A stretch of 64,000 nucleotides of DNA from Cirrosporium novae-zelandiae (lineage: Eukaryota). Made by a program: the position numbers and the translations under genes. Position 1 is the stretch's first letter. Each line of letters begins with the position of its first letter. Where the stretch lies: positions 372,001 through 436,000 of the forward strand of contig JAPETS010000022.1 in NCBI GenBank assembly GCA_026023565.1, in the 5' to 3' direction. Of this stretch, positions 24,979 through 35,967 are shown piece after piece. The notes beneath the pieces were generated by a model, which did no database searches, was not told the origin of the DNA, and saw nothing but the letters and a program-made list of their open reading frames with translations.

Positions 24979-25932
24979 TCAGCTCCTCCAGTGTTCCAAT
25001 AATTTCTTTCGCTCTTCCTCCTTTTTCGTTATGATTATGATCTTTTCCCGGGCCTCTTCCGAGCATTCTTCCAGAACCGCTTCTTCGAGACTCGCTTCGT
25101 CCACCTGCAGATGACCACTCGCCAATCTGGTCTCGATCGCTTCCAGTTCTAGGAATGTCTCATCCTCCTCCGTCTGCATATCCGCAAGTTCCTCAATGGA
25201 CTTTCTCCTCTCTGTCCTGACAGAGTCTACTGGCTGCCTTTCGGCATTATCCATGAAATTGTTTAAGCACCCTAGGCGCTTCAGCTTGAGGTCTTCCAGT
25301 CGACCCTCATTTTTACCCTTTTCCTCGAGTAAATGGTTTTGTTGCACTGTAAGTTCGAACTGTCGCTTCTGATTCTCATGTTGCTGGCTTGCAATTCGAT
25401 TAAGGTAGGCAAGTATATTATACTTACATCTTTGAAGTCCTTGCAATATGCTATCCACCGGTGCGTCTGATCCGTAAAAAAGGATCCGCGAGATATCCAT
25501 AGGATCTAGTTCAATGATCGAGTATGCATTAAGGATGACTATTCTGAAGAATATCATGTGTCTTAGCGGAATCGAAAGTAATGCAAGCTGGCTTTCTGCA
25601 TGGTTGTCTTTCGCTTTAGGCGGATGTCCTATTATTTTCTCTCTAATTTTCGTGATTTTTAGAATCACCGAAAAGGTACCCGTTGTGTCATTAATTAATG
25701 GCTCTCGAACCACTTCAAATGCTCTTCCGAAAGTCAGCTTCGCCCAGTTGTGATATGAACCATCGGGGTTCCTTTGATTAAGCTCCGTTATCCTAATCCC
25801 CGACTCGGCATCAACAACGACACTGTAGTAAGACTCTGGAGCGTAGATTGGGAGCCAAGCGGCCGACATCAAAGGCTTGTAAGTGAGCTCGACATGGGAA
25901 CATGTATCAAGCGTAACGCGACTTTGTTCCAT
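24979..25932 (-). CDS. Hypothetical protein with Glu/Lys-rich coiled-coil C-terminal half
   Basis: 317-codon ORF with ATG start and heptad-like C-terminus. Possible upstream donor GTGAGT at ~26012. No family recognised. Confidence 0.55.
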   Translation of the reverse strand: MEQSRVTLDTCSHVELTYKPLMSAAWLPIYAPESYYSVVVDAESGIRITELNQRNPDGSYHNWAKLTFGRAFEVVREPLINDTTGTFSVILKITKIREKIIGHPPKAKDNHAESQLALLSIPLRHMIFFRIVILNAYSIIELDPMDISRILFYGSDAPVDSILQGLQRCKYNILAYLNRIASQQHENQKRQFELTVQQNHLLEEKGKNEGRLEDLKLKRLGCLNNFMDNAERQPVDSVRTERRKSIEELADMQTEEDETFLELEAIETRLASGHLQVDEASLEEAVLEECSEEAREKIIIITKKEEERKKLLEHWRS

Positions 25933-27519
25933 TTTGATGGATAGCTTATCTCATTGGAGGTCAGCATGTGTTCCTACATCCCATAATGGCGCATTCGGGT
26001 CGCAAAACTCACCTAGGTCTTAACAGCCACTTGCTTAGTCCTCGAATATTAGACGTCAAAGCCGATTCCGTTAAGAAGCAGCCAATCCAATGAGGCGAGT
26101 GTTATCGAGCGGAGAGTAAACCCAAAAAAAAGGAGACTAAGGTGAGCGTAAGTAAACGAGGACATGATAAGGCTCTTCGAAGAAAACCTCAGATAGTACC
26201 CATACATGATAGTATGTTATTTCAAAGATTAAAAGGGATAAAGATGCTAGTACATAGAAGTGAAGTAGGTGAGAACGGTAAGAAGAGTGGGGGTAGAATA
26301 TGCAGTGGGGAAAGAAAAAATAATCAAGAGGAGAAGCGTCGAGATTTTGATAGTTATATTCTAGGAGATCTGCTAACACAGCCCCAAGGCAACAACAACA
26401 ATAACAACAACAATGATAATGACGTTCTAAATGTTTCAAGTCGTCTCTCAGCAGCCTCTATATAAAGCACAACACTGTTTCCCATCTTACCCAGGCATAA
26501 GCTACCTACCTATATCAAGGTGACCGAGGGACTGAAGATAACTTACAAGGTGTCAACAATGCCCTCACAGGCGGAACTTAAAATGCAGATTTGTGAACAC
26601 AACTACGAAACCCCGTACCGTGTATGTATTTATACAGTACGAAGCTCAAGCCGAAATTCTGCAGTTGGGCATTGGGATTGTACTGGCAGCTTTAGGGCAA
26701 AAGTTTGTAGGTTAGCTAGCTAGCTCGAAGGTGTCCAAGTGTCTAGCTATTGAGGGAGTTAGAGTCCTGGTAGGAAGGCATTACTACCGTCTCCGCTGAG
26801 AGCAGGAACTCCAAGCACGAAGATGTCGATATCTGATTCTGACTCTGCAGCTAGCATGTCAGCCAGGGCGTCGTAAAAAACTTAAGGTATCTTTTTAGCC
26901 TTACCGTTGTTGGCTGCGTTTTGGCTGCGTTTTGTTAGCTCGGCGTGAGAGGTTCCTCCGTTAAAGAGGTTCACTGCCACGAAGCAGAATATAGTTTGAA
27001 TTCCCTGGTCGAATTGGTGGTCCTCGTCTAGAAGTGCCTCAATAACTTCTGTAAGTGATGCGCTAGCCGAGATACTGTCTTGAAGTTGAACCTCGTTGCT
27101 TTCACCTGCCAATGCAGACTTTTCTGAAAGGTTCGCGTTTCAGTTATCTCGGTGACACGTCTGCTCGTGTTGTTGGTGCTCAGTCCTCTCTCCCAACTCT
27201 TCAAATCTATCTTCGTTCACCAGCTTCAGGAGATTTATCATCCGTATAATTTTCTATAACCTCCTTGAAAGCAGGGAAAGGAATAGACCGTCGGTCACAT
27301 GATGGGACAGGGGTTTGATTGGTCGGATAATAATTATAGATCAGGGTATTGACCGAAATTTTGGTATCAACTTTCTGTTTTTTTTACTGCATCAAACAGC
27401 ATTCTATTATTTATTGTTTTTAATTCCTCAGCTCTTCCTAATTATAATATGAAATTGTATACGCAAAGAATTCGAGGATAAATTTGGGGGGTTGGGTACC
27501 TAGAATTAAAAATTTAGTT

Positions 27520-27675
27520 AAATATTCAATAAAATACTCAGTAAAATACCTAATAGAATGCTCAGTGCGAGCCTCAATAGAAGCCTCAGTAGAAGCCTCA
27601 GTAGAAGCCTCAGTAGAAGCCTCAGTAGAAACTTCAGTAGAAGTCTCAATGCAAACCTCAGTTGCAAGCTCAGTC
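27520..27675. repeat. 12-bp minisatellite (GAAGCCTCAGTA consensus), degenerating at both ends
   Basis: Four perfect units flanked by variant units. It explains the EASV/TEAS/SLSR repeat ORFs. Confidence 0.85.
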
Positions 27676-28924
27676 AGGGCCTCCGTGCTCACAGGGGGGC
27701 ACAACAGGTGGGTATTCGGGGGCCTAGGGAGGCTTTTTTGGTTTTAGGTTAAACCCAAAATTCGAAAATTCCGAACTCCGACATGGTCCTCGGTCATCTG
27801 TCCATTCGTCTTTTGGATTCTCCCCCGCATTCCGCCTAGTGTTGGACTTGCCGTCATGACGAGGAGTACTTTGCCTCAGGGCAGATCTCCCTTATCTCTT
27901 TCTTATATGGCTCTGCCATTCACTAGCCAATACTGATTTCATTTTCTCCATTTCTTCTTGCTTGGTGGGTTTAATATGAAGGATCAAGAAATTCAGTAAA
28001 CACGTGATAACAGGCAATCCGTTTTTTCTTGTTATTTGTATAGAGCTTCATCTTATTCGCCACTGAGTTTTGGGTTTACTTTGTCGTTGATAACCTTTAT
28101 TTATGTCGGTGACCTCTCTGAATAGACAATGTTATATATCGGGGTGATATTGACTTTCTCGTGCAAGGGTATCACTTGGGAACGGCACTTGTTCATCCGT
28201 ATTATTGGTTTCCTTCCGGAGCTCATGATTATGAATAGTCGATCAGACGGAGGTATCACCGACACCGAAACTTGATATTTTGATGTTTAGAAGTTGTGGT
28301 TGGAATAAATTAAGAGAAATTCACGCTGGAGTGGAAAAATCTAAGTTGGTTTATTTCCAAATTAGGTACGCCAGCTTTATGGTTATCAACCACTCGCCGC
28401 CGAGACGTGGTATCATTTTCACACTCCAACATCCATCATGTATCATTCCGTCCGACACACAATATAATATCATTGGTCTATCTGATTATATGCTGCTTCA
28501 TGACCTCATAGGCTATTTCCCCATTTCAGTCAATTTAGCCTGACAAGGATGCTGACTCCCATATTACCCATTACAGATTCCTATTAGCAAGCCTTTTGCT
28601 CGGAGCCTTTCACAGAAATAATGCCTACACAAACACGAAGGCTGTGCATTAAGGCCTATTGCCTACTTTTTAGAACCTTTGCCTCTCGAGTAAATGGAAC
28701 TTCTTCGCGAAGGCCTCTAGTGCTATGCCCTAAGGCTTATCATAGGCCCTTAGCCTCAGCCTTGCACTACACACTTCTTCGCTATGTGGCTGTGGTTTTC
28801 TAATACTGAGGTATATATTCTCTATGGATTCCCTTTATCGGTTGGCCATTTCCCTTGGTTCTTTAGTACTATTACGCGAATCTACTTTCTAGCCCTTCAC
28901 ATCGTCACCCCAGACTTGACCGTC

Positions 28925-30832
28925 ATGGCTGATCCAATGACTGCGCTTGGAGTTGCGAAAGGCGTGATTGAGCTAATTCCGATATGTGCAGATGGTATAA
29001 ACATGATTGCAAGCCTTCGTACAGCTGACCACGACGTTGCTGAAGTAATGGTCAGAATTCGACTTAATAATGGAATCTTCAAGGTATGGAAGGTGTCACT
29101 GGGAATCATGAATCTTCCGCCGGAAGTGGCATTTAAAATGCTGAAAAGTCGCATCCCTTACTGGGAGCATATCGGAGAAGAGATTTTCCTAGCTCTCGCG
29201 GGAATCTCGGATATGCTTGCTGATATCAATAACTTGGAGAATTCATATAAAATACACCTGAGTGGTATATCGTTGAAGGAAGGAGTTTGTCCTCAAATCT
29301 ATGCCAGACAGATAGCCCACTAATAGTAGTATAGATGTGTCGTGCGTCAGATCAGCAAGATATTTTACGCCATTCCGGCGTTTGGAAAGACCAACGTAAG
29401 CTACAAAAACGGAAATATCGTATGAACTTATTCAAAAAGGGCAAGTTTGTACTAAAAGACAACAAAAAACTTAATGACCTGGCGGAAAAATTGAATGAAT
29501 ACATTAGTTACCTCATGAGGCTATGTCCTCCTCCAACAGATTTGGTATAAGATATTATTCCCTTTGTATATTGTTTGAAACTAGAGAAACACAGAGTGTC
29601 TACATGGCGATGTTCCGGGAAATCCTGTCTGGCGCCTCCAACCGTGGCGTTGGGGAACATCCACACACCATTGCCAGAGCAGCCCAGTATCTTGCTAGCA
29701 AGGAGACGAAAAATCTGAGACAACATAATAGATACAGTCTCTTAGCAAATACTGCCTCCTTCCGAGCTAAGATACAAGATGTGCAATTGCAGAGCCCAAT
29801 CCTCCTTGCTTCGGAAGATTATAAATTTGGACCAGCAAGCTGGACTTTAAGAGATACCGGACAAGAACTAGGGACTATGGCGCTTCGAAAGTCTATCTCG
29901 CGGCCCTTGGAGACCCGTTTTTGCTATGTTGTAGGTGCTTCTCAACCTGACTTGGGTAGAGACTAACGTTGAAGCTATTAGAAGTGGAAGTCGTACCGCA
30001 ACCACAAAGGTAAACAGGATGTAAAACTTGAAGAACAAATCAAATAATTAGCAAATATCGCTTGCATCACAAATAAACCAGCAGACTTTCGTGTCTTGAC
30101 CTGTTGGGGAGTATTCAAAGATTCCAAGAGGTCTCGGTACGGATTTGTGTACGTGCTACCACAGCACCTATGGACCATGAGAGCCATGATATCAAAGATG
30201 CAGATGTTTCCAGGGTACGGAAACCTTTGTCACTGCTTTGTTTATTGAAGCGTCCATCGAGTTGTATTCCTCCAACATTCGACTTGGGTAAGCGAATAGA
30301 TTTGGCCAATCACGGCCTAAGTATCGAATCCAACAGAATGTGGCACAGAATCAACCAACAGACACACAAACGACCCCGAACCAACTGGATTCTCGACAAC
30401 ACTGGTTTATTGAGGAGAACCTATACCAGCATCCGGCAAAGCGTATGAACCCGGAGAGATGCTATGAGCCGAACTTTGATCTTTATTCGTCAGTCTTTTC
30501 TCTAATTCTGATTTCCCTAATTATCCTGAGGGATGTGACTTCATCTCTGTATCACTGACGATAATCTTAGGCTTGGCTGCGTGTTTCTTGAACTTGCCCT
30601 CTGGAAACCTTTATCTAATCTAAACGCTACCAATGTTCAAGACCCCGCTCAATTTCGTAATAAACTTGTTGGTATTGCCAAACGTGAGCTTCCGGGTCGG
30701 GTCGGATATATTTTCGCAAAGGCGGTAACGTTATGCTTGGAAATCCAGGCTAGTCAAGGAAAAGGGAAAAGAGCAGGCACGGAAAACCTTTGCTGGAAAG
30801 TGATACGGAGGCTGGAACAATGCAAAATTTAG
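28925..30832 (+). pseudogene. HeLo-like (prion-inhibition) N-terminal domain + kinase-like C-terminal domain gene, disabled
   Basis: N-terminus MADPMTALGVAKGVIELIPICADG..RIRLNNGIFKVWK..LGI. Kinase-like remnants YVKWKSY, KPADFRVLTCWGVF..RYGFVY, LGKRIDLA, NLYQHP, FDLYS/LGCVFLELALWKPL. In-frame TAA at 30045-30047, a frameshift near 30170, and the catalytic-loop segment missing near 30310. Confidence 0.72.
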
Positions 30833-31053
30833 TACTTGGGGGGGTATTTGCTTCTGCTATTATCATTTGATGTTTTATAGAGGATTGGAGATGTGATTGG
30901 TGTATAACCCGATATACCTTACAAAATGATGGCCTAAGGCTTAGAATTAATTAGGCTAAAACCTAGCTTCGACTTCTTTTATTGACCTGACAGTCTAAAC
31001 TGACAGATTACTTGCTTTCATGTACGTAGTACTCCATCTACTATGACTGACAT

Positions 31054-32418
31054 TTACTCCAAGTTCACTTCTAACCCTAAGCCCTCTCTTCTTCCTGTGC
31101 TATCAGGGTCTAAGTATGGCCTTTCGCCTAAACTAACAGCTCTCTGTCCTGCTCGTGTTCCGAGACCTTCATAATCAAACGTTGCCGTATGGTAAACACT
31201 GCGGTTATCCCAAATTGCTATTGCATGTTAACATACGGTTATTCAATGAAAAACGAGATATGAACAGAGCTTTGTATGAATAATATAACTTGGAAAAGGA
31301 AATACATAAAGAGAAGAGGGGGTAGAAAAAGCCTTTGAGCTTACCAAGGTCATTTGGATTCATCCACTTGTGTCGGACCTGAAGGTCGTGATTCTCAACA
31401 ACAAGCTGCACGAACCAGTCAAGCAAATGCCTGCTTTCAGATTCAGTGAGCCCATTGATCTTTTGAGCATGAAAGCCAACCGCGAAGATACTTTTCCATC
31501 CCGTCACAGGGTTGGTTCGAACAACTGGATGGACAGCTGTTAAATCAGTGCCGACGTTTTCAGGAGCGCCACGAGGCATGCTGTATAGGGAGAAGCCATT
31601 TGCCTTGGCACTTTCTAAAAACTTTGGCTGCGCATATGTTGCGGTTAAGGTCTCGAGGAACTTCTGGTATGGCTTGCTAATACGATCATAAACATCATAA
31701 CCGGATGCCCACAATGTATCTTGGATTATCTAGTGAGCATAATAATAATGAATGGGTCGTATTTTTTGTGAGCACCTACCACCGCCTGTCTTGGGAAGTT
31801 GTGTGATTCGCAGAGTCGCATAATCACTTGGAATAGGTTCAAAGGTTATATCACTGTGCCAACCTCTCTTGTTGCTTTGTTTCTTTGTAGCAGGCTCGAA
31901 GTAACTGTCTTGTTTTTTGTATAATTCCTTATTTTGCTCGGAATTTATAACACTAATCTCATCATCCTTCCCTCCCAATCTCCGACCAGAGTTGGCAACA
32001 GGATGAATATGCAATTTCGAAGTACTTGGCTTCCCCGAAAGCTCGCCCAAGCGTTGGGCGAGCTCCTTCTGCAATTCATTATCCATGTCATCTTGACGAC
32101 GAAAGAAGACCACACCACGTTGGGAAACTTGGAGGAGTTATTATTTTTTTTTAATGATGCGATAGCACTCTGACCGGTTTACTTACTGGTGATGGCTAAA
32201 TCTTTGAGTAGTTCATCCGAGTTGGGTGCTCGGAGCCAATCCTTTAAGTTAACATTGAGGAACTCCTTTCCGATCGTAGGAGTTACTTCAAACGATTCGA
32301 ACTGATCCAGTACTCCGGTTGGCTTTAGAGGTTTCCTCTTGAGATCAGCCGCATCTCCCAGTATCTTTGCTCCTTGGTTAGCTATAGAACCATATGTTTC
32401 GGTGATTGAAGAAGCCAT
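31054..32418 (-). CDS. TauD/TfdA-family alpha-ketoglutarate-dependent sulfonate dioxygenase (Jlp1-like), 4 exons
   Basis: VTPTIGKEF; QRGVVFFRRQD; GWHSDITFEPIPSDY (HxD); GGDTLWASGY; HPVVRTNPVTGWKSIF; AIWDNRSVYHTATFDY. Confidence 0.95.
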
Positions 32419-33782
32419 TCCGAGTATTCTTCAAAGTCCGGAAAATATCATTATACAATATTTCGATCAAGAAAAGTTCATTGTTGGCGTTTATAGCTAT
32501 TCAATTAACTTCTACCAATTCTTGGCCTGGAATTTAGTCACTCTCTCGCCAACTTGCGTACGAATCATTCGTCAACTTTACTAACCCCGCATTTATGCGT
32601 TGATAACAGGCATTGCGCAATTGTTCCATGAAGAACCTGATTGGAATTGTATTTCTTATCACAGTTCTTTCCCTGCAGGCTGACGCAGGTGATATTTATT
32701 TAATGGTGCAGGACTACCATCAACGAAAGTCGCGCGCGCATAGATTGCGGAAATTGCGTGATGAGGCCCTTGGGATTCGAAAGATTGATGATGGTGAGTA
32801 TGCATGCATACATGATATCTCATTGCAACCCCACAACAAAAACCCCAGATTGCGCGTTTTGGTGTTGTCGCTTGGGGGGCCAATTATGGGCCGGCACTTT
32901 GTCGTCTTCGTCCTAACATTTTCCCAATATTTTACACTCTTTGTAGAAAGACTAACACGACTAATTACTTTGGAGGTCAATATATATAATATTCCAGCAT
33001 CTCTTGTCCTTTCAGTAACTAGATAGGGGGCTGCAGCAGTGTATAATTTGCGAAGTAGCTTGGTTATGATGAATTGTTACTCCATGCCACCATCCGTTTA
33101 TATCAAGAGATTCAAAGAGAGTGCGAGCAAATAGGATATTCTGCCCTGGGGATAGTTCACAATTGAAATACATCCCAGTTATCGAGGGTTTCCTTGCACT
33201 GTACAGTATACTGCGGACTTCGCTTAACGATGGTTTCACACACTGCTTTCGATTCTGGGCATGCATCCTTTTGGACCACTTTCAATGACGCACGTCTAGA
33301 TCTTGCTACTATCTTCCCGAGTTTTGCTGTTTCTAACCGATATTCGGTAACAATCTGTCCCTCTAACAGAAGTCTACTTGGCATACTCGAGAAAATGGGT
33401 TGTCATCAGGCTTATACCCTCAACTAAGGACCCTAGTGGGGAATATTATGCGAAGGCCCTTTAGTTGCCCTAGCCTTGTCTATGACTAGGTTCTTTTCTG
33501 GAGGCTGTAATAATGGTTGTCTTCCATGAATGACGTGCTTTTGAGACCTAATGATGCATATTCTACTTGAATACTTGAGCAGCTCCATCGGTTGGAGGAC
33601 CTCGAGCTTCGCCTTGATGGTTGTGTTAATATCTTGAACAAGGTGCATATCCGGCTCAACTAGACCTGCGTTTATGGGGAGTGATGAAGTTATTATATAT
33701 ACGACATGAATACTTTAAGATCAGAAACGAGTGATCACTACCTTCCACAAGGTTTGATCGTTTGTTCTGATTAGTCCTCATC

Positions 33783-35967
33783 ATGTCAATGGTCATTGCT
33801 TCAAAAATATCCAAGCCAGGAGATTCGTCTCATGGAACTATACGGCCTGAAGATGAGTCTGATCTTGCAAAAGATGCTACGGTACAGGAAAGGAAGCTCT
33901 ACTCCGAAGAAACTCTTGCACCATTAAGTGATCCAAGTGCCGAGCGTCGATTCTGGTGGCAGCGGTCTCGAAATTATGATCCAGACGCCATTGCAACGCA
34001 ACCTTCCGTATTCGATGACCCCGAAACGGCAAAGGAATATCAACCTCGACCAGATTGGGAAAATTTGCATAGATTCGATCCTACTGCTAGATGGACGTGG
34101 GGTGAAGAAAACGTACGTACTGTACAATTGCCATTCTCAATGCATGGCTGCTAACATGCGAGACAGCGAATAGTTCGGAAGGTTGATAGGAGAATAATGG
34201 TTTTTGCTTGCATCATATTCATGGCTTTGGAGCTGGATCGTGGCAACCTTGGTGAGATTAACTAGCAGTTTCGTCCCTCAATTACATCTGTTCCTAGACG
34301 TTAACGCTTTACAAAGCCCAGGCTCTCAGCGACAACTTCTTGAAGGATATGCATATGACAAGAAATGGTAATATGTCTAATCATTAACTTGAGCTTTCCA
34401 ACTGATCGATAGGGCAGATTATAACCTAGGGAATACCGTTTTTAAGCTTTCATTTCTATGCTCCGAACTTCCTTCTCAGCTCATTAGCAAATGGATGGGC
34501 CCAGATCGTTGGATTCCAACTCAAATGGTTCTGTGGTCCGTTGTTGCATCAGCGCAGTTTAGATTGAGTGGAAAATCTTCGTTCCTGGTTTGCAGGGCTC
34601 TACTTGGGATCTTGCAAGGAGGCTTCATACCTGATGTAAGCAACTTGAAACATACTTTATTGATTATTAACGTTTTAATTCCTCCTCCAAAAGCTCGTAG
34701 CTTATATTTCGTTCGTCTAACATTGCTAGATGATCATATACCTGTCATACTTTTACAAACATCATGAACTCGCAATCCGCCTTGGATTTTGGTACACTTC
34801 AATGAATGCTGCAGATGTACTGGCAAGCTTTTTGGCATATGGAATCCTCCATCTACGAGGTTATGGGGGCCACTCTGGATGGCGTTGGCTTTTTCTCTTA
34901 GAAGTTGGTCTTCTTTCTATGTTTATTTAACGTTGTACATTACTTATACGAACTACTAGGGGATCCTTACACTCATCATTGGTCTTCTTGCCTTTGCTCT
35001 TATGCCTCCTTCTCCGACACAGACAGCAAATTGGATCCGAGGCAAGAAAGGCTGGTTTACTGAAAGAGAAGAGGTCATCATGGTGAACAGGGTCATACGT
35101 GAGGATCCAAGTAAGGGTGGAATGCATAACAGACAGCCTGTTACCCCAAAGCTTCTTTGGCAGAGTTTGAAAGACTATGATCTCTGGCCCATTTATATCA
35201 TCGGGCTGACGTTTCAGATTCCAATGAGTATTGCAACCCCAACCCACTCCACTCTACTTCAAGGATAATTTTAAAACTGACATGCCTCTTAGCACCTCCG
35301 CAGCAATACCTTACCCTGTCTCTCAAGGGATTAGGTTTCGATACGTTCCAAACAAACCTATTAACAATCCCATATACCGTAACCCGCCATCTTCCCACCT
35401 TTCCCCCCCTACAACACTAACCATATATTCCAGGTCATACACACAATCACCATAATAACCCTAACCTACCTATCCGAGGTATGGGGCCAGCTATCCCTCA
35501 CAGCCCTGATCGGCCAAATCTGGGCCTTCCCATTCCTCATCTACATCTACGTCGTCGACATCAACAGCATCAACAAATGGCTCAGCTGGGGCATCCTCAC
35601 GGGATTGCTCGGATACCCCAGCGCAAACCCCATCCACGCCGGCTGGAATTCCCGCAACTCCAATGCCGTCAGGTCGCGCACCGTCTCGGCGGCCCTCTAC
35701 AATATGTGCGTGCAATCGGCTTCCATCATCTCGTCCAACGTCTACCAGGAATCCGATGCCCCCCGCTATCGCAAGGGTAACCGTGCACTCCTGGCTCTCT
35801 GCTGTACTAATATCGTCGTATATCTTCTGACGAAAGTTTATTATATCTTGCGTAATAGATATAGGGAGGGGATCTGGAACGCTATGACGGAGGAGGAGAG
35901 GGTAAAGTATTTGGAGACGACGACGGATCGGGGGAATAAGAGGCTGGACTTTAGGTTCGCGCATTAG
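33783..35967 (+). CDS. MFS transporter, allantoate-permease/Soa1-like (probable sulfonate/sulfur-compound uptake), multi-exon
   Basis: [100 protein letters not shown]. Confidence 0.92.

Noticed and set aside
27438..27752. TEAS/EASV/SLSR repeat ORFs
   Set aside because: They are artefacts of the 12-bp minisatellite.
28590..28770. Cluster of AGGCCT/AGCCT motifs suggesting another MITE
   Set aside because: No convincing TIR pair and no second copy in the window.
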